From: Zancudomyces culisetae HAW-14-8
Lineage: Eukaryota > Fungi > Kickxellomycota
Direction of reading: 5' to 3'
Length of the DNA: 64,000 nucleotides
Assembly: GCA_052426225.1 (NCBI GenBank)
Contig: JBNJNM010000010.1
Coordinates: 496,001-560,000 of the forward strand
In this document: piece after piece, positions 47,148-57,404 of the stretch
How the letters are laid out: every line of letters starts with the position of its first letter
Position numbering within the stretch: the stretch's first letter is position 1
The notes under the pieces: generated by a model
What the model saw: the letters and a program-made list of their open reading frames with translations, nothing else
Told to the model about the DNA's origin: nothing
Database searches by the model: none
Program-made: the position numbers and the translations under genes

Positions 47148-50100
47148 CTAGCTTTCTAAGGCATCAGCAAGTCGAACTAATCTTTTATCTGTTGTTAATT
47201 TTGACCAGACCTTGAGAACAGCCAAAAGTTGATTTCTGTCATTATAAAAGTATGCAAGCTTTTCCTTTAACCCAATTATAACAATGTCATTTGTGATAAA
47301 GTCATTCAACGACGGAATGTTATCACCATTGCTGTCAGTGTTAGTGTTGCTATCGGCGCTACTGTTATCGCCATGCGCGTCTTTGTGGATTATGTCATTT
47401 TTGTCATTGCTTTTATCATCTGAAGGTGCAGTAGTAAATAAGGATTGTTTTTTGGTACCAAATAAATTGTAATATCGGTTTTCCAAGATCTGTTCTCTTT
47501 TTTCAACAAATTTAAGGGTCATTAAAAACTTGTTGTTAAACGTGTTCAAAAGTGAGAAAAGATAGTCATTATTCGTTGAGCTGATCAGATTAGTCCTTTC
47601 GAATTCAGAATTTAAATGCATATCCTGCAATTGTTCATCCGTGAGCAGCGCGTCTATGTCAATCTTTGACAAAAAGTCAATGATTTCCTGGAATCTAGCC
47701 GATACCAACAGACATGAAATGTACTTGTTAACATTTTTGAATGTAAACTTAAAAGAAAGCTTGTTGGCGTTCTGCATTAGCTCCACAACTTTGTTAGACA
47801 AAAGCCATTGTTCATAATTAAAATACTTGTACTCGATAAACTTGGGAACGTAAAAACCAAACTGATTGTTGACATCATCCAAAGAGGACTCTGCAGCTTC
47901 ATCATCTGCAGTGCCTTTGTTTTTTATGTTAGTAGCTTCAAGGGAACCATCAACTCGTAAACCAGCGCCACCAAATGCCATTTCTTCAGGCGTTTTTAAA
48001 GATTCTTTTAAGACGGATTTATTTTTAGAGAAGTCGTCTCCACCAAGTGAATTTAGACCTTTGAAACTCTTTTCAAAGTGGTCATTCATTAGCTTTGAAG
48101 ATAAGGAGCTGGATGTCGATGATTTGAGTGAGCTGTAGATTTCGTTAAACTTTTGGAAGGCACTTTCAATCTTCATATTGGGTAAATAGCTAGATGATTT
48201 TTTAAGCACATATTGCGTTGCTGCTTCGGAAGTTATCAGATATTTGTCCAAGTTTTGTATTTTGTTGACATTATAAAACAACCCAATCTTATCTAGTAGG
48301 CGCAAGTAGCAGTTCAACATGCTATCTAGCGCAGAAGAATGAAAGTCAGCAGTAACAGATATACGTGGACCATCTGGGTGCAAGGGGTTTATAGTTAAAA
48401 TAGGATACGCCTTGAGCAATATATCCCACATTGAGTTAGCCTTTTCCAACATGTTATTTATTGCATAAACTCTGAGCAGTGAAAGCATGACAATCGGATC
48501 AAAATATCTCAAAGTCGAGTATTTGAAATCAGATGGAATGGCGTTTATGTCACGATCTATGTCTGCATATATATCTGGATTGTAACTTTTGGACATAAAA
48601 AACTGCATTTCAGATTCAAATATTGGTTTTGATAGATAGGACAGCTTGACAGATGGACTTGCAAGTAAAGTTTCTCTGAGTTCAGCTTCTTTACGACGAG
48701 CCTTTTTATACGCTGCCTCTGCACTGGAAATATCAGACATGTATCCGTATATGGCTATCAAAATCGAGTATATAGCTGCATCGGGTTCTATGGAATTTAC
48801 AATCATGGTATCTACAATCGCTGAACATCCTCTCCTGTCCTTTTGTTTCGCATAGTGATAGATGAGCGCTGCAAAAGTAAATCTGTTCGGTTTTATACCC
48901 AGCTGAACCATATCTGTGTAAAGAGTTAATGCATTCTTATGATATCCCAAAGCCAAGTATCCCATTATAAGGTAGTTGAATGCTCTAGTTGGAATTGTGG
49001 TTTTCAAAGATAGAGAGTTTTGTATCACGTCTTCTAATATTTGATGAGCCTCTATCAAATTTGCATTGGAAACATTTGCTTCTATCAAAGTAATCTTTGT
49101 AATGGTTCCTAGGTTAACATGCGAAGATGGGGAATTCATTTCTCGCACAAGAGCATTTATCTGGTCAACTCGGCCTATCATCGAGTATGCTTGGATTACT
49201 ATACTGTAGTGTATTTCTGTCGGCACATGTCCCCGCTCAATCATTTGTCTTAAAACCAAATATGCCTTTCCTGCCTGCCTTTTTTTCGCCAACTCCTTTA
49301 ACCACAGTGTATACAACGTAATGTTAACTGGTGTATCCATTGTCCTGTAAAAATAGTCGGAAACAACTTCAAACATTTCTATCATTCCATTTTTTAAAAA
49401 CCCATGCATAATGTTTGAAAGAATTGCTATGTTGGGTACAATTTTGTTCCTCGCCATTTCATCCAATGTATTTAAAAGTTGTGGAATATGGTTGATTTGA
49501 GTATAAATCTTCAGCTTTTGCCTATAGTATGTCCGCTTGTATGCATACGTTTCTTTGCTTTCAAACCCGACTTCACCAGGAGTACCTTTGGCTATTTTTT
49601 CAGCTGCCTGTAACCCAAGACTCGTTTTCCCTGCAGCCGTATATACTAGTAACAGTGCTGTTTTTACCTTTTCTATGGGAATATCCCCGTCATAAAAATC
49701 GTTCCATGCATTTAATAGTTCCGACGCCTGCTCCACATTATTATTCTTTACAAATAAGTACAGCAGCGGAACAAATAGTTGTGTATCGTATTGTTTCTGT
49801 AAAATTTCTTTCAAAGCCAATGTATCCTTACTCTCTACTGATTTTGCATCAGAGAATATCTCTCTAAGAATACAACTAACCTTGTCGATTTTGCCTTGAT
49901 CGGCATACAGCGCCAACAAGTGTGTAAACGCATCTGGATCAGGCATCATCTTCGCATCCACCAATTCGCTAAATAGTTTTTCGGCTAAATGAGGCTGTCC
50001 CAAAATAGCTGCGCCTCCTATTAACGTTGACTGAATCACCACGTCTGGTTTCCGGCATTTTTTTAATCTATACGCATGCACTTTTGCTTCCTCCCAGCTA

Positions 50101-51524
50101 CTGCTATATCTCTCAAAATGCCCCTTGTTTTTTTCACCACCTCTCTTCATAATCTCTTGAATGATCTTTGCTACCCACACTCTCTCGCTCCAATCATAGC
50201 CTTTTGTTCCTTTCTCCTTATTCTCAGAGTTAACCACTGCGGTTCTACCTATCAAAGAGGCCCAGATCGCTTCTTCCAACAATCCTCTCTGTACCAACAT
50301 TCTAACCGTGGATCTTTGTAGTTTTATGTCAACGTCACCTCCTGCAAGTACACTGTTCGCCCATAGCTTAAGCAATTCCTCTCTATATGCTAAACGCTCT
50401 AATGACCTTGCCAGTATTCTTACGACAGGCGTATTTGTTTGCAGTCTTTTGCTTGCGGTGGCCAACCTCTTTGACAGGTTTTCATCCCCGGTGCGTTCCC
50501 TTGCCATTTGTTCCAATAATTCAGATTCTTCAATCATTCGCTTGTACCCCCATATCACTCCCTTCAAATACCCTACGCTAGCAAACCCCCTTATTATATT
50601 GGCAAACCCATGACTAGAAAAAAAGAATGATCCCTCCTCACCATCCCTAGCGCGCTTTAAAAATTCTTCAGTCATTGAAACCACCCTCCTAAAACTTCCC
50701 TCTGTTCTATCGCGTGCCATAATCTCCAATAGCTCTGCATACTCTTGTTCACCTGGCTTGAATCCAATTTTTTGACGATCGTCGATTATCCTAACTATTC
50801 GTTCTGCAGCTGTTCTCAAGTTATTTTGGTCTCTATTTGCTGCAGTTTTTAAAATACCATAATTCTTTATTGCCTTTATCAGTTTAAACACAAGTACCGG
50901 GTAGAAATGTCGCGTTAGACCATCCTTAGAGAACTCTATGTACTGCTCGAATTCTAAATCTACATTTCTACTTTTTTCTATATTCCTTACTCGGATTGCA
51001 AAATCTTTCAATTTATTGAGCACCCCTTTTTCAAGAACCATTGCCATTTCATCGAGTCCAAGCAATCGCTTGTTCTCGTTAGATTTTCTGTTATTTTCTC
51101 CTTTTTGCTCATCACATTCGTTGGTTATCTCAGTGTTGATATCAAAGATATCTCCGTTCCCTTTCCCGTTTCTGTTCCCATTCTCGTTCCCGCTCTCATT
51201 CACATTCCTGGTCTTAGCCCTATTTTTCTCACCTGTCTCGTCCGCGCCTTTTCCACTTTTTTGGCTATATCCCCTAGTTATATTTCTGGTGTTACACGCT
51301 CTTTGTTTTCTTGTAAAAGATTCTGCTAATCTTCCAGCAATTACCACATTAGCCCCTGCATCAATGCTTGTATTCACTACACATGATTTCGGCGATCTAC
51401 GTGTTTTTTGCGATTCAGTTGTATAGACTCGTGAGATTGTTGGTATACTTATTCTACCTGAACATTTAAAGCTTGTTCGAATCTTGATGTTGCTTTTGCA
51501 GAGATTAAATAGATTCTCTACCAT
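47148..51524 (-). CDS. Mitochondrial pentatricopeptide repeat (PPR) protein
   Basis: Basic, Ser/Arg-rich N-terminus and many 35-aa PPR-like repeats (PDPDAFTHLLALYADQG, PTEIHYSIVIQAYSMIG, FNYLIMGY...MVQLGIKPNRFTFAALI, PDAAIYSILI). Confidence 0.9.
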   Translation of the reverse strand: MVENLFNLCKSNIKIRTSFKCSGRISIPTISRVYTTESQKTRRSPKSCVVNTSIDAGANVVIAGRLAESFTRKQRACNTRNITRGYSQKSGKGADETGEKNRAKTRNVNESGNENGNRNGKGNGDIFDINTEITNECDEQKGENNRKSNENKRLLGLDEMAMVLEKGVLNKLKDFAIRVRNIEKSRNVDLEFEQYIEFSKDGLTRHFYPVLVFKLIKAIKNYGILKTAANRDQNNLRTAAERIVRIIDDRQKIGFKPGEQEYAELLEIMARDRTEGSFRRVVSMTEEFLKRARDGEEGSFFFSSHGFANIIRGFASVGYLKGVIWGYKRMIEESELLEQMARERTGDENLSKRLATASKRLQTNTPVVRILARSLERLAYREELLKLWANSVLAGGDVDIKLQRSTVRMLVQRGLLEEAIWASLIGRTAVVNSENKEKGTKGYDWSERVWVAKIIQEIMKRGGEKNKGHFERYSSSWEEAKVHAYRLKKCRKPDVVIQSTLIGGAAILGQPHLAEKLFSELVDAKMMPDPDAFTHLLALYADQGKIDKVSCILREIFSDAKSVESKDTLALKEILQKQYDTQLFVPLLYLFVKNNNVEQASELLNAWNDFYDGDIPIEKVKTALLLVYTAAGKTSLGLQAAEKIAKGTPGEVGFESKETYAYKRTYYRQKLKIYTQINHIPQLLNTLDEMARNKIVPNIAILSNIMHGFLKNGMIEMFEVVSDYFYRTMDTPVNITLYTLWLKELAKKRQAGKAYLVLRQMIERGHVPTEIHYSIVIQAYSMIGRVDQINALVREMNSPSSHVNLGTITKITLIEANVSNANLIEAHQILEDVIQNSLSLKTTIPTRAFNYLIMGYLALGYHKNALTLYTDMVQLGIKPNRFTFAALIYHYAKQKDRRGCSAIVDTMIVNSIEPDAAIYSILIAIYGYMSDISSAEAAYKKARRKEAELRETLLASPSVKLSYLSKPIFESEMQFFMSKSYNPDIYADIDRDINAIPSDFKYSTLRYFDPIVMLSLLRVYAINNMLEKANSMWDILLKAYPILTINPLHPDGPRISVTADFHSSALDSMLNCYLRLLDKIGLFYNVNKIQNLDKYLITSEAATQYVLKKSSSYLPNMKIESAFQKFNEIYSSLKSSTSSSLSSKLMNDHFEKSFKGLNSLGGDDFSKNKSVLKESLKTPEEMAFGGAGLRVDGSLEATNIKNKGTADDEAAESSLDDVNNQFGFYVPKFIEYKYFNYEQWLLSNKVVELMQNANKLSFKFTFKNVNKYISCLLVSARFQEIIDFLSKIDIDALLTDEQLQDMHLNSEFERTNLISSTNNDYLFSLLNTFNNKFLMTLKFVEKREQILENRYYNLFGTKKQSLFTTAPSDDKSNDKNDIIHKDAHGDNSSADSNTNTDSNGDNIPSLNDFITNDIVIIGLKEKLAYFYNDRNQLLAVLKVWSKLTTDKRLVRLADALES

Positions 51525-53029
51525 TTTTAACTCCTCCCTTTTCTTTACTTGTCTGAATTTTAATCTTTATAAAAATCTACTCCGATCTCCCTAAATTGAT
51601 TTGTTTTCCATTTAACTTGCTTTTATGTTTTGTGCGTACTGTTTTTGTTTATTGTTCGCATATAATGAATATTTTCCAATGACTCTCAAGTCTCAATATA
51701 TGTTTTATTACAGCAAGATCTTTCAAGTCGGTTATATTACTATGTCTTGGTATCAGATGGTACTAACTTGATGCAAACTTGAATAATTGTTAACACAATC
51801 AAAGCAAACTCTGTTAATTTTATGTCTATGTATCAATATAATCTTTCTCTTCTTCCTTCAAGATTGTTCTTGATTTGATTACTAGAGTTTGGATTACTCT
51901 CACTTCAACTCAAACCCTACCTTTTTTTTAGTTGTAGTTTTATCAATAGCTTTATCAATTATATCTGCCAATTGAAGAAATTATTTCCGATATTGACTAC
52001 GAAAATATGGAATAAAAAAAAACCCAAAAACAAATAACTGATTCACCATTATTTGGCAAGTACTATCTTATTGATTGGTTTACTCAGTTTTTTCCCTCTT
52101 ATTCTTTATTTTTGAGTTGTATTTTTTTGCTTGATATTCGATTTTTGAGTTGTAGCTTTTCCTTGCGGAAAATTCCAAGGTAAACATCGTTTTTAGTGAA
52201 AATTTTTTTCCAAGCAGTCAAATCGTATCATTATTTTAGATAAAAGCAAAACATAGCTATAATTAGGCTTTGGAATTTGGGATTTGGGATTTGGGGTCTG
52301 GGTTCTAATAGGAGTCGGGATCTTTGATAATTTTAGCAAGGATCATTGAAGAAAAATAACAATATAAGTTTAGTATGCCCTATTTCAAACTTTCTTAAAA
52401 TCGAAAGTGTATATAGCGTGCTTGTGACCACACTTTATGTATTATACTACGTACACAAAGCATAGCAGGAGAATAGGAAAATTAAATGATATTATTATTA
52501 TTGTTTTAAATTAAAAACGTTTCCTGCACTGGAGGCACTGGAGCAATACTTCGGCTCCAACCCCACACAGTGAATTTACAAAATACCAGAAGGGTAGTGG
52601 AGGTACTTCGCACATCCAAAGGACACGTAGTTTGTGGCCAATGTTAATGCCATTTGTATATGTTCAGAATAGTACCAATCATAGACAGCGTCTACGATCA
52701 TCGCATAACGAAAATAACGGCATCGCACAGTAGGTGTGCAGTTCACCTTCCTTGCAAGTTGAAGATATGCAATCAAGCATCACTCCACAGCTTGGATCAT
52801 GAGTCTTCTCTCTATCACAACATTTGTGTATTATATGAATGTGGGATTTATTTAAACATCATATACTTGATTATATAAACACCCCAAAATGCTAATGTCT
52901 AAACAAATATACCTATGTCTTTAGGCTAAAAAAAACTTGGAGGAAAAAAAAGTACCTGTAGCTATAACAAAAGCACACCGAGTCTTTCCCTTACCAAAAG
53001 AACAAAGACAATGGTAAATAAGTTCTACC

Positions 53030-54097
53030 TTATTCCGTTTTTTGCTTGGTTACACCCATAAACTCTTTTAAATAATTGAGCCTATCCAAAACATATGTTT
53101 CATTAAGGCTATTTATATAATTGAGAATGTAGGTTGAATACTCGGTTGAACGCTGTGTAATATATTTGTAGCTTTCCATGTTTTGTACAAAAGACAACTT
53201 GTTTTGGCTTGCCATAAATTCATTGATGGTTGTTCTATTGGGGAGATAATTAAACATTGATACGCCATATGGTGTTATTTTTTCACTCAGTGCTGTTTTT
53301 CTGGCTTCGTATTTCACTTTCAGTTCTTCCAGTCTTGATGCATATTGTGCCCTTTTCTCCGATAGTGCTGCTTGTTTAGTTTGGACATACTCAGAAATCG
53401 ATTTTTGTGTGTTTTGGTAAGTTGATAGGAGGTCTTGTTTTTTCTGGCTAAATTTTTCTACATACAAATTGGACTGAGACTCATATACACCTTTTACCTT
53501 TGAAAAGGTCTCCTTTGGCTTTGAAACCAAATCTAGGGACAGATCCTTGACATATCCAAACAAAGTTCGGGTCGAGTCAACAACTTTTTCCCTGGATACC
53601 TCGGAATCAGAAACCTTTTTTTGTACCTTGGAGATAAGTTCTTCTGAACTCACTTTTGCCAGTCTGACTACTGTACCAACTTTTGGGTGGTTCTCTTGCA
53701 GTTCCTGCACTGACTTTTGCACTGCTTCCACAAGCTCGTCTGTTGGCTTTGTGAGTATGGGGTACTTTGTCTCAAGAGACTTCAGGGACTGGCAGGCCTT
53801 CGAGTCCAAAGCTGAGAGAGACTTCTCAACAGGTGTGAGTGTGTAAATGTTTGCCTCGGCGTATGAAGACAGCTTGGTGGCTACATTTGAAACCATTCCG
53901 GTGTACTTGTTCTCGGGAATGATGTTGCGTACGGAGAGGACCGCACTGTTCACGACAGGTAGTTCTAACAGCAGCCCAAAGAAGTTTTTGTTTGCTGAAA
54001 TGTCCTGATTGTTGGAAGCCATGGCGGTCAAAACCGGGCTGACTATTGTTGAAGAATCACTTGCTGATGCTTCCATTATGACTGTTTCTTGATACAT
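53030..54097 (-). CDS. Perilipin-family lipid droplet protein
   Basis: PAT-domain-like LLELPVVNSA...LDSKACQSLKSLETKYPILTKPTDEL followed by amphipathic helices; first ATG at 54097. Confidence 0.78.
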   Translation of the reverse strand: MYQETVIMEASASDSSTIVSPVLTAMASNNQDISANKNFFGLLLELPVVNSAVLSVRNIIPENKYTGMVSNVATKLSSYAEANIYTLTPVEKSLSALDSKACQSLKSLETKYPILTKPTDELVEAVQKSVQELQENHPKVGTVVRLAKVSSEELISKVQKKVSDSEVSREKVVDSTRTLFGYVKDLSLDLVSKPKETFSKVKGVYESQSNLYVEKFSQKKQDLLSTYQNTQKSISEYVQTKQAALSEKRAQYASRLEELKVKYEARKTALSEKITPYGVSMFNYLPNRTTINEFMASQNKLSFVQNMESYKYITQRSTEYSTYILNYINSLNETYVLDRLNYLKEFMGVTKQKTE

Positions 54098-57000
54098 CGT
54101 TGCTATGTTAACGTTGTATGTGTTTAATGTTCCTTCTTTTCTTCTCTGTATTTGTCTTTTTTTCAAGGTTTTGTTATACTTGTAAACTACTAAAGTTTAA
54201 TAGTAACGAGAAAGTTAATTGTGTATGAGGGAGGTCTAGAAAAGTGATTATCCGAGTGTTTATATATTAAATTTGGGTGTTGCTAAATGATTTTCACAAT
54301 GCAATTCAAAAAATTTTCATCCACAAAATGCTCTTAATTTTCCACCATTTGGGAACAAGAATTTGAAAATTGATATTAATAGTAAAAACATGAATAAGCC
54401 CAATATTCGACGTTGCATATGATTTGCTAATCTGAACTTTTGTACAATAAAGTGAGTGTTGATCATAAGATGAACTAAGAATAAATCGCTGCAATTGGGT
54501 TACCACATTGCAACTACGCTCAGCAAATTACACCACCCACCAAGAAAAGGAAGAACGGAAACCATAATAGATTTCAGCCAGATAAAAAATGTCAAAACAT
54601 GGGAAAGTAGTAAGAACTTGGAGACAAACTTGGCTTTATTGTTATATTCCATTGTTTTCTAAAATCATTGAGAACAGAAGCGAAGCTACCAAAACTGCAC
54701 CATTGCTATTGTGTAACTATTTCATTCAAAGAAAGCATGTTTTCTAATCTTTTTGTGTGATTCATCCAACTCTTTTGCGATTTCTTTTTTTCTCGCATCT
54801 TTAGTTTTTGTACAAAAAGGTATTCATTTCACCATATCTTTTCCTTGAATGTGATATTTTCTTAATCTTTTAATTTTTATAATTTGTTTTTTTACTTGGA
54901 ATTGCAATTTTACATAAATATTTAACTATGCGATTTTGAAAATAGTATTTTGAGAGCAAAAAAAAAATCAAAGCAAACTTCCGTGTCAATTATTATGTAA
55001 TTTCGGCTATTTTTTGCTTGTATAAGAGTTATTGAACATTAAATGAATCATTTGCATAAACGGTGGAAATTAAACATAAAAACCTAAGAGAAGTGCAGCT
55101 ATACTGTACCAGCTCTTAAAGCCAATGGAGCTTGGCACATTTGAAATATTCAGATACTCGCCTGCTTGGTATATTACCCGACTTATTACTAAAGATATGG
55201 GCACATATTTTTTTTTGTTGCGTGATTCCATTTTTTTTTCAGCTAGTTTTTTGATTTTTAGTTCAGAAAAATATCAAAGGCTACAATTTCACATGTGTTG
55301 TATCTATAGTTAATATCACAGTCATGGTGGGTTTGTATTTTTTCCGAGCCGCAGCCCGATTAGTCAATTATCGACTATTTACAAATTCCATGCTTGATTA
55401 TTAGACGATGTTCTCAGGTTATTAAAAATCTCAAATTTAGAGAATAATTTAAGAGCAATACTAAAAAATTATTGGGAAATTTGGTATTATTATGTGACTA
55501 AGCCAAAAAATATTAAAATGAATATAAAAATCATATGCTTACACAAAGCTCAACACTAAGTTAATCTCATTTCTAGGCACCACATGATTAAAAAAAAAGC
55601 TTGCTGAGCTTTAAAAAGAATGGGATAGTGCGACTTTGTCAAGACCGATAGTTTAGTATAAACGTGAAAATTAGGTTATGCACGTGTAAATCGAAAACGT
55701 GGATGTATTAACTCGTAGCTGCTTTCTTGTGAAGACATCTTGTCGTTTGCAAGGACGGCTACAAAGCGGTAGATAAAATGCAAGAAAAAGGTTAGAACAG
55801 CATGGAAGTACGTGCGGGTCGGCGTATATGCTTGAATGTGTCATATAACTATAGTTTCCAAGATTATAGTTTTACTTCAATCAGTAACGGGAGGTACAAT
55901 AAATCATGGGCTAAATTCTATGATGTATATAAAAAATAATTTCAGTGTTGATTTACTATTTGCTTGAAGTGTTGTCTAATGGCTTCTTTGCCGAAATATT
56001 CTTGATTAAACTCCCACACATTAAGGTACTTTGTAATACAATCAAAAAACGATTAGTTAATAACCAAGGGAAACAAACTGACAAAACCGTGTGTGTTAGT
56101 AGCAAATGAAAAAATAAAGAAAATTACAATTTATTATCGATAACCAATCGTCCAATTAAAACCATGATAGCTGACTCCAACTTTGCTTACTCATCTTTTG
56201 TTTTCGTTTTCGTATTCGTTTTCGATTTTTTTCGCTTATCTGCTCCTTTTATTTGTATAAGCCGGAACTAAACGGGCATTATAACTTTTGGTGCCCTACA
56301 AAAAATAAATATGCGAAATAAATACGACTACTGTCTTTAGAACAAGGAATGTTGAAGGCAAAAAAAATTCTCACCTATTTTATTGCTGTTAGCTCGACTC
56401 AGAAGTACAAAAGCACAAAGTACAATCATTAATTCACAAAAAAGAAAGGCGGTAACAGTGGATAGATCAGAGCATTGGACGGAATCCCCATAGAAAATAA
56501 CCAAATACTTGAATAGTAACCCCGATCATATACCAATACTGGCCTCTTGAACGAGTATCCAGAAAAACAAGCATATACTCCGATACACGTGGAGAGCATT
56601 GTACAGTCACCAACTGCATCCGCGAAAGATGAACTTATCTGCAGGCATCCACTAAGCTAATAGCCCTTTTCTGTAGTAAATCTTTGGACATATTTGATAG
56701 TTTTGAGCTCCAGTTAAGTTTGAACAAGCTTTGTTGATTAAAATCACTTTTATTTATTTTTCTCTCACTCTCCCAACTTTCCTCTTAGTTCATTTGGGTT
56801 GTAGCAAATCAACAAAATCCATCTAACCGATTTTTTTCTTCTTTTTTGGGCAATTTACTGAGAAGCAATCCAATATTTAGTGACCGAAAATTAGATAAAT
56901 AAAATCTTGCAAATGTCAATCCTGAGTCGAGTGAATGTGAAAGTGTGGTTACACAAGTACATAGTGGAACAAAAAAAAAAGCGATAGAAGTGGTAGGCTA

Positions 57001-57404
57001 CGTGGTTCACAGATATTTCCATGCATGTGAAATGCTTTCACCAATACTCAATTGTCAGGGTAAGAACAAAACAAGGAATCAGGTGATGAGCCCCACTCAA
57101 CAAAGAAATGAGATTCTGTGTTGCTCCTTTTTGCTGTATCTTGTACAGTTGGGTTAGCAGCAAAATCAGTACTGCCCTCCGATACAAAGGCGTAGGGCAA
57201 ACGGTACATTGGGGTTTATATCGTAAACCGAACCTATCTCAGCTGCTAGGGTGCGCCTGAATAATAAACGAAGAAGAAAGAAGTCTTATAGGGTGAGCAA
57301 TTGCTGGAATATTTAGACCAGGGAAAGTCAAATAATTCTATGGCTAGAACAGATTTACAAATATGGTGCAAAAAAATGATTAGTAAACCAAAAAACCTTA
57401 AAAA

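Noticed and set aside
6096-54097. Lipid theme across the window (acyl-CoA ligase, carnitine synthesis, ACAD, P450, perilipin)
   Set aside because: The genes are scattered among unrelated housekeeping genes; chance is a sufficient explanation.
56540-56650. Minus-frame GCSW-TGA, and spliced WCVQ-TGA near 15662-15676, as CxxU selenoprotein motifs
   Set aside because: Some early-diverging fungi use selenocysteine, but these frames are short, lack a thioredoxin-like context and have no convincing SECIS downstream.
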